NCBI GenBank assembly: GCA_016124515.1
Contig: WGNN01000010.1
Span: 1-51,137 of the forward strand
Source of the DNA: a bacterium
GTDB taxonomy: Bacteria; Bacteroidota; Bacteroidia; CAILMK01; JACPUW01
Reading direction: 5' to 3'
Length of the DNA stretch: 51,137 nt
Shown in pieces: positions 27,661-36,549 of the stretch (position 1 is its first letter; each line of letters opens with the position of its first letter). The position numbers and the translations under genes were made by a program. The notes beneath the pieces are model-generated. The model was not told where the DNA came from, did not search any database, and saw nothing but the letters and a program-made list of their open reading frames with translations.

Positions 27661-29559
27661 CTAGCGTTTCAAAATGAATTCGCAACGGCGGTTGAGTTGC
27701 CGGCCTTCGGGGGTGCTGTTGGTAGCCACCGGACGTGTGGCGCCGTAGTAGCTGTATTTGATGCGTTTTTTGTCAATTCCTTCGGAAATCAGGTAGTTTA
27801 CTACTGCCACCGCCCTGTTTTTTGAAAGTTTTTCGTTGTACGAGTTACTTCCTACGTCGTCGGTGTGGCCTTGTACTTCAAGGCTCAGGTCTTCATTTTC
27901 CAACAGCAAATCAACTAAGCTGTCAAGAAAATAGTAGTTGGTATCAAGTATTTCGTATTTGTCAAACTCAAAGTAAAAGCCCTGGAAAGTAAATGGCTCG
28001 TCATTGAGCAACTCAGCCAAGTCAAGGTCTTGAAAATAGCGCGGTGTTTCAAAATCTGTTTCGTCTTCGGCAATAATGGGGATGCCGGCACCGCAATCCG
28101 ACATATTGGAGTCGTTGAGTGGTTCTACCGTAAAATCATCAATAAAATAGTAAGCAAAACCGCCAGCCTTGGGGTTCATTATCTTTTTATTGGTGTTTTT
28201 GTCGTCGTTAAAATTTCCCATGGTTATGTACATTTCACCGCCTTCGGCAAGGTACATACCACATATTTTTTTCCAAGTGTATTGGTCGCCAAAATTGCCG
28301 GGCTCATTTATTACCTGTGGTCGCAGGTCTTCAAGCATTTTGCCTTCTTTTTCTTCTACATCTTTTATCTTGGCTTTTACGGCGTGCAGGTAGTTGGTAT
28401 CTACTTCGTTGGTTATGTGGCTGTTGTAAATTTCGGTTGAGTCACTGGCCGGTATTACCATAGCCGAGTCGTAGTCCTTTACCATGGGGTATTTCTCTGT
28501 GATGAGAAATTCAAAATTATCAGTTGCCAGCCCGCTGTTTTCCGAAAGGGCAGCATAGAGTTTTATTACATACCAGCGCTCTTTAACCATTGGTTTGGTA
28601 AGTTTGGCAGACAGAAATTCGCGGTAGTTTCCTTGGTCAAAAAGGTACATGCCTACGTAGCCGTGGCCGTTTCGCGCTTCTTCTTGCCCCATAATATTTT
28701 CAGGAACACTCATTATAATGCTACACGCATTGTAGTAGTCGGGAGTGCCCGAGGTTTGGTCCCAATACTTGAGTTGGTACAATTTTGATGTATTCACATT
28801 AGAAGGGCACTCGGTATAGCACTCAAAGCTTGGGTCGGGCAGTATGTTGGTGCTCGAAAGCTTCACATTTTCGCAATTGAACGAATCGATAATAGCCTTG
28901 CAAGGATCATGACCATTTTTAGAAAACAGTCTTACATCATCAATATAATAGTATGCGCGGCCTTCGCGGGCCATGCGCACCACTTTTTTCGATACTGATT
29001 CTTCGTCGGTTAAAAAATTGCCGATGGTCAAAAAAGCTTCATCGCCTTCTGCAACAAATGAGTCTTCTACCACCACCCAGGCCCTTGTGTCGAAGAAGAA
29101 GTTCTTATTGTCAACAAATACCTGTGTGCTATCGGTAAGCGGACCGCTCGTTTTCATATCGGGGCGGGTTTTGGTAAGTGCCGCTCCAAAAGAGCTCATG
29201 GCAAACTCGCTGTTGTCAGACAGTTTTACGTACATACGCAAAATGTATGTTTCGCCTTTTATCAATCTGCAATTGAGCGGGGTAGAGATATACTCACGGT
29301 AGTTTTTGATTCCATAGCAATGGATACCGGCAAATGATTTTCCGCTCTTGGCGGTTTTTTCGTCAGAGTATATTTTGGGTTTGGCCAGCGTGGGATTGCG
29401 CCAGGTAGTTACGTTATTTTCAAGGTATTTGTAGCCGAAGTCAAAGTTTTCAAACTCATCAAATTCTTCAAAATTGCCATTTCTTATGAGGTTTTGCCCT
29501 TTGATAAAACCAACGCTAAAGGCTGTAAAAATCACAAGTAAATAATATGCTTTTACCAC
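27661..29559 (-). CDS. OmpA-family protein with two tandem N-terminal jelly-roll-like domains
   Basis: Signal peptide, two repeats (NLIRNGNFEE...REYI...YYYIDDV and NILPDPSFE...REFL...YYFIDDF), and a C-terminal OmpA_C domain (GHTDDVG, LSKNRA, NRRCEF). Confidence 0.88.
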   Translation of the reverse strand: MVKAYYLLVIFTAFSVGFIKGQNLIRNGNFEEFDEFENFDFGYKYLENNVTTWRNPTLAKPKIYSDEKTAKSGKSFAGIHCYGIKNYREYISTPLNCRLIKGETYILRMYVKLSDNSEFAMSSFGAALTKTRPDMKTSGPLTDSTQVFVDNKNFFFDTRAWVVVEDSFVAEGDEAFLTIGNFLTDEESVSKKVVRMAREGRAYYYIDDVRLFSKNGHDPCKAIIDSFNCENVKLSSTNILPDPSFECYTECPSNVNTSKLYQLKYWDQTSGTPDYYNACSIIMSVPENIMGQEEARNGHGYVGMYLFDQGNYREFLSAKLTKPMVKERWYVIKLYAALSENSGLATDNFEFLITEKYPMVKDYDSAMVIPASDSTEIYNSHITNEVDTNYLHAVKAKIKDVEEKEGKMLEDLRPQVINEPGNFGDQYTWKKICGMYLAEGGEMYITMGNFNDDKNTNKKIMNPKAGGFAYYFIDDFTVEPLNDSNMSDCGAGIPIIAEDETDFETPRYFQDLDLAELLNDEPFTFQGFYFEFDKYEILDTNYYFLDSLVDLLLENEDLSLEVQGHTDDVGSNSYNEKLSKNRAVAVVNYLISEGIDKKRIKYSYYGATRPVATNSTPEGRQLNRRCEFILKR

Positions 29560-29591
29560 TCTTCTTCTGTTGTTTCCGTTTTCTTATAAAT

Positions 29592-29599
29592 CAAATGTA
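29592..29599 (-). promoter_or_regulatory. Bacteroidota housekeeping-sigma -7 element for the OmpA-family gene
   Basis: TACATTTG on the minus strand matches TAnnTTTG, about 32 nt upstream of the start. Confidence 0.5.
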
Positions 29600-29811
29600 C
29601 AATGTAAGTGCACATAAGTGGCGCATTGGTGGCATACTGCTGTTGATAAGGTGGCAATAAACGCTGCTTGTATAAAAGGGCTTATATTTTCTTTTTTATG
29701 GTTTTAGAAATGGGACGTATTGCCAGTAAACTCCCCACTTTCAAAACTTCTCAGTTGTTTCAATCTGTTATTTCTTATTAGGCACGGGTTTTTCTTGCTG
29801 GCGCTAAATAC

Positions 29812-29819
29812 TATTTTTG
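29812..29819 (+). promoter_or_regulatory. Bacteroidota -7 promoter element for the DUF456 gene
   Basis: TATTTTTG matches TAnnTTTG and ends 6 nt before ATG 29826, which implies a very short leader. Confidence 0.45.
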
Positions 29820-29825
29820 AAGGGT

Positions 29826-30344
29826 ATGGATATAGTACTCTTGATTCTTGCTGCCGCCTTTATAGTTATTGGCATCGGTGGCTGTGTGTTGCCTGTGTTG
29901 CCGGGGCCGCCTGTGGCTTACATTGGTTTGCTGTTCATGCATTTTTCATCGCCCGAGCGTCATTTATCCATTGGTTCTTTGCTCACCTATGCCTTTTTCG
30001 CCATTCTCATTACCGTGCTCGACTACCTTGTGCCTGCCTGGGGCACCAAAAAATTTGGCGGCACTAAATGGGGCACACGCGGTAGCACAATTGGTTTGTT
30101 GGTGGCCGTTTTTCTATTGCCTGTAATGGGGATAACCCTTCCCGTATTTGGCTTGACAGGTATCATATTCGGCCCGTTTATTGGCGCCTTTATTGGTGAA
30201 AAAATGGGAGGTATGCACACCCAAAATGCCTTGAGAGCCGGAGTAGGCTCATTTATTGGTTTCTTGGCCGGAACCTTTATGAAACTCGTTTATTGCTTTT
30301 GGATTCTGTACGTATATATAGGAAAACTGGGCTGGTTTTCTTAA
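29826..30344 (+). CDS. DUF456 family membrane protein
   Basis: GCVLPVLPGPP, LDYLVPAWGTKKFGGTKWG and GPFIGAFIGE. Confidence 0.88.
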   Translation: MDIVLLILAAAFIVIGIGGCVLPVLPGPPVAYIGLLFMHFSSPERHLSIGSLLTYAFFAILITVLDYLVPAWGTKKFGGTKWGTRGSTIGLLVAVFLLPVMGITLPVFGLTGIIFGPFIGAFIGEKMGGMHTQNALRAGVGSFIGFLAGTFMKLVYCFWILYVYIGKLGWFS

Positions 30345-30838
30345 TCCGCCTTTTCCATATTAGGTGGTATCAAGCCAATTTTCATGTATTGCATCACATC
30401 GGCTTTAAAAACAAACTCGTAGGTGTAATTGGTTACGTACAGCACGCGTTTTACCACAGAACCTTCTTGCACAGTGGGTTCGCCCAGTTTGCTTATCACT
30501 TTTTTAGGACTCATATCAAGACCTACACCCAGCGGCAATTGTCCGTTGTAGCGCTTAAACACCTTGTCTTCAATGGTGTATTGTTCGTTGTAAAACATAA
30601 GGTAAACAATCTTGCCTTGGTCGGTTAGTACTGCCGAAATACCATCATCTTCCCAGTTTATTTGCGTAAGGTAGTCCAACCGATAATCGCTGTCTTCAGA
30701 ATCGCCAAACGGAGCAAATGCGTTTTGCACATCGCGGTCTTCAAACGTTTTTCCAAGAATCTGAAACCAATCAACGGTTTTTACCTGAAATGAGAAAAAC
30801 AACAAAACGGGTAGTAAAAGTAGTCCTTGGTATCGCAT
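30341..30838 (-). CDS. Exported hypothetical protein (BLIP/SmpA-OmlA-like repeat, DUF6392-like)
   Basis: Hydrophobic N-terminus, motif YNGQLPLGVGLDMSPKKVISKLGEP, and a weaker N-terminal copy (ILGKTFEDRDVQNAF). Confidence 0.55.
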   Translation of the reverse strand: MRYQGLLLLPVLLFFSFQVKTVDWFQILGKTFEDRDVQNAFAPFGDSEDSDYRLDYLTQINWEDDGISAVLTDQGKIVYLMFYNEQYTIEDKVFKRYNGQLPLGVGLDMSPKKVISKLGEPTVQEGSVVKRVLYVTNYTYEFVFKADVMQYMKIGLIPPNMEKAD

Positions 30839-30919
30839 GTGATTTTGTTTAAGGCTTTGATACGCAAAAATGACGATAACAGTTGTTTTACCGAAATACT
30901 TTGAATGATGTGGTGGGTT

Positions 30920-30939
30920 AATGAAATTTAAATTTCATT
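30920..30939. promoter_or_regulatory. Perfect 20-bp palindrome, candidate operator
   Basis: AATGAAATTTAAATTTCATT is its own reverse complement. It lies in the divergent intergenic region upstream of asmA. Confidence 0.55.
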
Positions 30940-30975
30940 TAAGCCATCAAGTTTACATAGGCTATGCTAATACCC

Positions 30976-30983
30976 TATTTTTG
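30976..30983 (+). promoter_or_regulatory. Bacteroidota -7 promoter element for the asmA-TBDR operon
   Basis: TATTTTTG(CC) matches TAnnTTTG, 34 nt upstream of ATG 31018. Confidence 0.55.
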
Positions 30984-31017
30984 CCAACTTTCGTTTTGAG
31001 CGACCAAATCCTGTGTA

Positions 31018-33876
31018 ATGAAAAGAGTTTTACTGATTTTAATAGCCATAGTGCTCCTGTTGGTGGCAGCAGTGGTGGCTTTGCCGTTTTTGTTTAAAGA
31101 CGATATTGTCAACTACATTAAGAATGAAACCATCAACGGGCAGATTGAATTTAATGAAGACATAAGCATTGGCCTCATCAGCTCATTTCCCGACCTTAAT
31201 ATTGGCATCAAGGATATTGTTATAAAAAACAATGCTCCTTTTGAAGGCGATACGCTCATGAGCCTCAAAGAATTGAAAGCCACTATTGACCTCATGCAAA
31301 TCATTTCGGGCAATATTGAAGTGAAATCGATAGACCTGAACACACCTTATATAAATGTATTGGTAAAAAAGGATGGCACGGCAAACTACGATATTGCGCT
31401 TCCTTCTGAAGAAGAAGCCCCGGTTGACGAAAGCTCGTCGGACTCGGAATTTTCATTCAAGCTTTCTTCCTTTACCATCAGCAATGGCAAAATAGGTTAT
31501 TACGATACATCGCTTGTAACCTATACCACCATAAAAGGGCTCAATTTTAAAATGTCGGGCAATTTCAACCAAGATGCCATGGACATTCAAACCACCACTT
31601 CGGCAGAGGCTTTCACCGTAGATTTTGACGGAATAAAATATATAAACCGGGCAAAAATGAGCTACATAGCCGGTTTGGTATTGTATCTGAACGAGGAGAA
31701 ATATGAGTTTAAAGAAAACGAACTAATGCTCAACGATTTGGCACTGAGCTTTGCCGGTACCTTTCAATTTGTTGAAGAAAACATGCTTTTTGATCTCACC
31801 TACGGCCTTACCAAATCTGATTTCAAAAGTTTGTTGTCAATGGTTCCTGCGGTGTTTACAGCCGATTTTGCCGGGCTGCAGGCCAATGGAAGTTTGGAGT
31901 TTAACGGTTTTATGAAAGGCCTTATGACCGAAACTGAGTATCCTGAATTTGCCCTGAACCTTGCTGTAGAAAACGGCGCGTTTCAGTACCCTGATTTGCC
32001 AAGTAGCTTAAACAATACGCAGGTAAAAATGTCGGTTACCAATCCGGGCGGCGTGTTTGACAAAACGGTTATTGAAATTCCAAAATGCCACTTTGAGCTT
32101 GATAAAGAACCTTTTGATTTGACCTTGCTGCTCAAAAATCCCGATTCAGACCCTTATGTGGCCAGCACCATGATGGGCAAAATTGACCTTGAACACGTGG
32201 CCAACCTTATTCCATTGGAAGGTGTAAGTACACTAAAAGGAATAATAAATGCCAACCTTGAGGCGCGCGGCAACATGAGCGCCATAGAAAATGAAAACTA
32301 CGAAGCCTTTTATGCCGCCGGCAATTTGGGACTCAACAACTTTGCTTACCAAGATGCCGATTTGCCTGAGCTGGTACAAATTACCACCGCCTCATTCGCC
32401 TTTACGCCGCAGTATGCCGATTTGTCGGAAATGCAAATGATGCTGGGCAAAAGCGACTTGAAGTTTTCGGGAAAAATAGAGAACTACATGCCATACCTGT
32501 TTCACAACCAAGAGCTGAAGGGAAGTATGGCTCTGACAGGAAACTACCTGAATGTAGATCCGTGGATGATGGACGACAGCGCAGAAAGCACCGATAGCGA
32601 AACGAGTAGCGACGATTATGAAATGGAGGTGGTAGCCATTCCTGAAAATATCAACTTCGTGTTTACCACACTTATAGACAAAGTGAAGTACGACAGCTAC
32701 GACATAGAAAAGCTCAGAGGAGAAATTACCGTGAAAGATCAGATATTGAGCTTTAAGGAGTTGGGAATAAATATGCTGGGCGGCAGCATGTTGGTTGACG
32801 GCTCGTACAACACCCAAAACATAGCAAAACCCACCACCAATTTTTCTTTCGATATGAAAAACGTATCCATTCCCGGATTGTACGAAACATTTGTAGTGGT
32901 GCAGGAACTGCTACCGCTGGCACAGCAAATGACCGGCAACCTGAGCGGACGTTTTTCTATGAGCAGCACCTTGGGCAGCGACATGATGCCAGTACTGGAA
33001 TCGGTGAATGGCGGCGCCAAACTTGATGTGGACCGCGTGGAGCTTGAAGGAAACGACATTTGGAACAAAGCGGTGAAATACCTGGGCTGGGAAGAAGGCG
33101 CACAAAAGCTGGTACTCACCAAAATAAAGCCCAATTTCAAGATTGTAAACGGCGATATTTTTCTGGATACCTTCCATTTCAATCTCAAAAACCAAGACTT
33201 TGCCTTTGGTGGCAAAAGCAGCCTGAACCAAACCATTGATTATGGTCTCGATACCAAAGTACCCACTAAAGCAGTGACCGATAAAGCCGAAAACCTCTTG
33301 AAGGATTTGACCAAAAACAAAGTAAATGTTGACTTGGCCGACGAAGTGAAAGTGCGCTTTATGATAACCGGTCCTATGGAAAAACCGGAGTTTAAACCCG
33401 TGATACTTGGTACCGACGGCAACGCCATGAATGTGAAGGATGCCGCTAAGGAAGCTGCCAAACAATTGATAGATGAAGGGAAAGATAAAGCCATAGAAAA
33501 AACCAAAGAAGAACTGCGCAAAGAGGCGGAAGCTTTGAAGGCGCAAGCAGCCGAACTACGCAAAAAAGCCGAAGCATTGAAAGCCGAAGCTGCCAAACTG
33601 AGCAAACAAGGCGAAGCACTGAAAGCCGAAAGCGAGACCCTGCGCAAAGATGCCGATGCCCAAAAAGCCAAAATTGAAAAGGAAATGAGCGGACTGCCCA
33701 AGTTGGCGCGCGACAAAGCCATGATACCCGTGAATAAAATATTTGACAATGCCAACAGCAAACTCAACGAGGCAAATAAGTATTTTGACTTAGCCAAAAA
33801 ACCCGAACAAGAAGCACAAAAACTACTGGATAAAGCCGACGAATTGGAAAAACAGGCTGACGAGAAATTGAAATAG
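31018..33876 (+). CDS. AsmA-family (repeating beta-groove, lipid-bridge-like) protein with a C-terminal coiled coil
   Basis: N-terminal membrane anchor, LISSFPDL, VKKDGTANYDI, a long beta-rich body and an Ala/Lys/Glu-rich helical tail. Confidence 0.85.
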   Translation: MKRVLLILIAIVLLLVAAVVALPFLFKDDIVNYIKNETINGQIEFNEDISIGLISSFPDLNIGIKDIVIKNNAPFEGDTLMSLKELKATIDLMQIISGNIEVKSIDLNTPYINVLVKKDGTANYDIALPSEEEAPVDESSSDSEFSFKLSSFTISNGKIGYYDTSLVTYTTIKGLNFKMSGNFNQDAMDIQTTTSAEAFTVDFDGIKYINRAKMSYIAGLVLYLNEEKYEFKENELMLNDLALSFAGTFQFVEENMLFDLTYGLTKSDFKSLLSMVPAVFTADFAGLQANGSLEFNGFMKGLMTETEYPEFALNLAVENGAFQYPDLPSSLNNTQVKMSVTNPGGVFDKTVIEIPKCHFELDKEPFDLTLLLKNPDSDPYVASTMMGKIDLEHVANLIPLEGVSTLKGIINANLEARGNMSAIENENYEAFYAAGNLGLNNFAYQDADLPELVQITTASFAFTPQYADLSEMQMMLGKSDLKFSGKIENYMPYLFHNQELKGSMALTGNYLNVDPWMMDDSAESTDSETSSDDYEMEVVAIPENINFVFTTLIDKVKYDSYDIEKLRGEITVKDQILSFKELGINMLGGSMLVDGSYNTQNIAKPTTNFSFDMKNVSIPGLYETFVVVQELLPLAQQMTGNLSGRFSMSSTLGSDMMPVLESVNGGAKLDVDRVELEGNDIWNKAVKYLGWEEGAQKLVLTKIKPNFKIVNGDIFLDTFHFNLKNQDFAFGGKSSLNQTIDYGLDTKVPTKAVTDKAENLLKDLTKNKVNVDLADEVKVRFMITGPMEKPEFKPVILGTDGNAMNVKDAAKEAAKQLIDEGKDKAIEKTKEELRKEAEALKAQAAELRKKAEALKAEAAKLSKQGEALKAESETLRKDADAQKAKIEKEMSGLPKLARDKAMIPVNKIFDNANSKLNEANKYFDLAKKPEQEAQKLLDKADELEKQADEKLK

Positions 33877-33884
33877 ATTACCGA

Positions 33885-36188
33885 ATGATTTTTTACAAAA
33901 AGTGGGGCATCACTGCCTTATTATGCCTTTTTACTGTGGTAGCCATAGCGCAAACCGCCGAGTTGCGCGGATTTGTATATAATGAAGAAAACGGCGAACC
34001 TATACCGCTGGCCAACGTTTTCTTAAAAGGAACCACCACCGGCGTTACCACCGATTTCAATGGTTTTTATGCCTTGTCAAAAATTAAACCCGGCAGCTAT
34101 GTGCTCATGGCCACTTCTATTGGATTTGATTCTTTTAAAGTAGATATCAAGCTTCAGTCAGGCGATGTGCTTACTCAAAATATTTACCTAAAACCCGCTG
34201 ACTATGAGCTACAGGAAGTGGAAATAAACGAAGAGCGAACCGCCCGACAAACAGAAGCCAAGGTGAGTGTGATAAAGGTAACGCCCGATAAAATTAAGCG
34301 CATTCCTACAGTGGGTGGCACCGCCGATTTGGCGCAGTATTTCCAGATTTTGCCGGGTGTGGTTTTCTCAGGCGACCAAGGTGGGCAAATGTATGTGCGC
34401 GGAGGCAGTCCTATTCAAAACAAGGTAATACTTGATGGAATGACCATTTACAACCCCTTTCACTCCATTGGTCTTTTTTCGGTATTTGACGTGGATATTA
34501 TTAGAAGTGTAGATGTTTATACCGGCGGCTATCCTGCCGAATATGGTGGGCGCATCTCGGCGGTAATGGACATAAAAACACGCGATGGCAATAGAAAAAG
34601 AACTGCGGGCCACGTAGAAGCCGGCCCTTTTGCATCAAAAGTGTTGCTCGAAGGACCATTGGTCAAATCAAACAACAACAACGTTTCCAGCTCTATCATC
34701 TTTTCGGCGCGCTCTTCCTATCTCAAAAAAACAGCTCCTGTATTGTATCCCTACGCCGATTCAAACGGATTGCCTTACCTCTTCAACGACTTCTACTCAA
34801 AGTGGAGCGTGCAAACCCCCAAGGGAAGCAAATTGGATGTTTTCGGATTTTCCTTTAACGACAATGTAAACTTCAAAAACACCACCAACTACAAGTGGAA
34901 CGCCAATGGAGCAGGAACCAAAATGATGTTTCTGCCGCCGCAATCTTCCACCGTGGTTGAAGCGCATTTCGATTGGTCAGACTACCGAATGGTGCAAACC
35001 GAACAAGATGCCGCACCGCGTTCAAGCAGCATTTCGGGTTTTGAAGGCGGACTCGATTTCTCCTATTACAATGGCAACAACCTTTTTAAATATGGCGCAC
35101 AATTCATAGGTTTCAGCACCGATTTTCAATACACCAACTCGGCCAACCGAACCGTTTCGCAAACAGCTTACACCACCGAATTGGCCGGTTATATGCATTT
35201 CAAATACAAGTCAAACCGACTGATACTTGAACCCGGATTGCGACTTCATTATTTTGCATCGCTTTCTGAGCTTTCGCCCGAGCCCAGGCTTATGGGAAAA
35301 GTGTTGGTAACCGATAGGTTCAGGTTCAAATTTGCCTCAGGCTTGTATGCACAAAACCTGCTAAGCGCCCGCAGCGACCGCGATGTGGTAAACCTGTTTT
35401 ACGGATTTCTTTCAGGCCCCGACGACTTGCCAAATACTTTCAGAGGCCAGGACGTGAAAACAAGATTGCAAAAAGCCGGACACTTAATTGGTGGTTTTGA
35501 ACTGGATCTTGGCGACAACAGCTATATAAATGTTGAAGGTTTTTATAAGCGATTCAGACAATTGACCAATATAAACCGCAACAAGCTTTTTGACAATACC
35601 GATGAATATGCAAGTGTAGAAGATTATTACAAAAGCGATTATGTAGTAGAAAAAGGCGATGCCTACGGGGGCGATATTACCTATGAATATGAGAAAAACC
35701 GCTTGTATATATGGCTGGTTTACAACCTTACCTGGGTGGTGCGCCAAGATGAGAAAATAACCTACCACCCCCACTGGGACCGCCGACACAATGCCAACTT
35801 TTTGGTGACCTACACCATGGGCAAAAACAAAAATTCTGAGGCGAGTGCCCGCTGGAATTTTGGTTCGGGTTTCCCTTTTACACAAACTCAGGGTTTCTAC
35901 GAACAACTCGATTTCAGCAACGGCGCAAATACCGATTACATAAACTCAAACGGCAACCTGGGGATTTTGTATGGGAACCTCAATGGAGGGCGCTTGTCGT
36001 CGTACCACCGCTTAGACCTTTCGTACAAATGGTGGAAAGAGTTTGGCAAGTATAAAAAGCTTGAAATAACCACCAGCGTAACCAATGCCTACAACCGCAA
36101 AAACGTGTTTTACTTTGACCGCGTAACCCACGCCCGTGTAAACCAACTGCCGATATTACCAAGTTTGAGCGTAGGCTTTTACTTTTGA
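33885..36188 (+). CDS. TonB-dependent receptor with N-terminal carboxypeptidase-regulatory-like domain
   Basis: LRGFV...GEPIPLANV...TTDFNGFY, plug YVRGGSPIQN and GGYPAEYGGRISAV, EPRL, YHRLDLS, NAYNRKN and a terminal Phe. Confidence 0.93.
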   Translation: MIFYKKWGITALLCLFTVVAIAQTAELRGFVYNEENGEPIPLANVFLKGTTTGVTTDFNGFYALSKIKPGSYVLMATSIGFDSFKVDIKLQSGDVLTQNIYLKPADYELQEVEINEERTARQTEAKVSVIKVTPDKIKRIPTVGGTADLAQYFQILPGVVFSGDQGGQMYVRGGSPIQNKVILDGMTIYNPFHSIGLFSVFDVDIIRSVDVYTGGYPAEYGGRISAVMDIKTRDGNRKRTAGHVEAGPFASKVLLEGPLVKSNNNNVSSSIIFSARSSYLKKTAPVLYPYADSNGLPYLFNDFYSKWSVQTPKGSKLDVFGFSFNDNVNFKNTTNYKWNANGAGTKMMFLPPQSSTVVEAHFDWSDYRMVQTEQDAAPRSSSISGFEGGLDFSYYNGNNLFKYGAQFIGFSTDFQYTNSANRTVSQTAYTTELAGYMHFKYKSNRLILEPGLRLHYFASLSELSPEPRLMGKVLVTDRFRFKFASGLYAQNLLSARSDRDVVNLFYGFLSGPDDLPNTFRGQDVKTRLQKAGHLIGGFELDLGDNSYINVEGFYKRFRQLTNINRNKLFDNTDEYASVEDYYKSDYVVEKGDAYGGDITYEYEKNRLYIWLVYNLTWVVRQDEKITYHPHWDRRHNANFLVTYTMGKNKNSEASARWNFGSGFPFTQTQGFYEQLDFSNGANTDYINSNGNLGILYGNLNGGRLSSYHRLDLSYKWWKEFGKYKKLEITTSVTNAYNRKNVFYFDRVTHARVNQLPILPSLSVGFYF

Positions 36189-36192
36189 TAGT

Positions 36193-36549
36193 ATGTTTTT
36201 TGATGAACTGAGAAGCTATTGTCTTTCAAAAAAAGGAGTTGAAGAAACCCTGCCTTTTGATGAAGAAACACTCGTATTTAAAGTAATGGGCAAAATGTTT
36301 GCGCTTACAAGCGTATCCGATGCGAAAACCATAAACCTGAAATGCAATCCGGAGCGGGCTATAGAATTGCGCGCACAGTTTCCCGACGATATTGCACCGG
36401 GCTTTCACATGAGCAAAGTGCATTGGAATACCGTGCAACTACACGGAAGGCTCAGCGATAGTGAGATTTATGAGCTTATTGGCCATTCCTACGATTTGGT
36501 AGTGGCAGGCTTACCCAAAAAGGTTCAGGCACAGCTCAAAGAGCTATAG
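36193..36549 (+). CDS. MmcQ/YjbR family DNA-binding protein
   Basis: EETLPFDEETLVFKVMGKMFAL, NLKCNPE, PGFHMSKVHWNTV and SYDLVV. Confidence 0.92.
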   Translation: MFFDELRSYCLSKKGVEETLPFDEETLVFKVMGKMFALTSVSDAKTINLKCNPERAIELRAQFPDDIAPGFHMSKVHWNTVQLHGRLSDSEIYELIGHSYDLVVAGLPKKVQAQLKEL

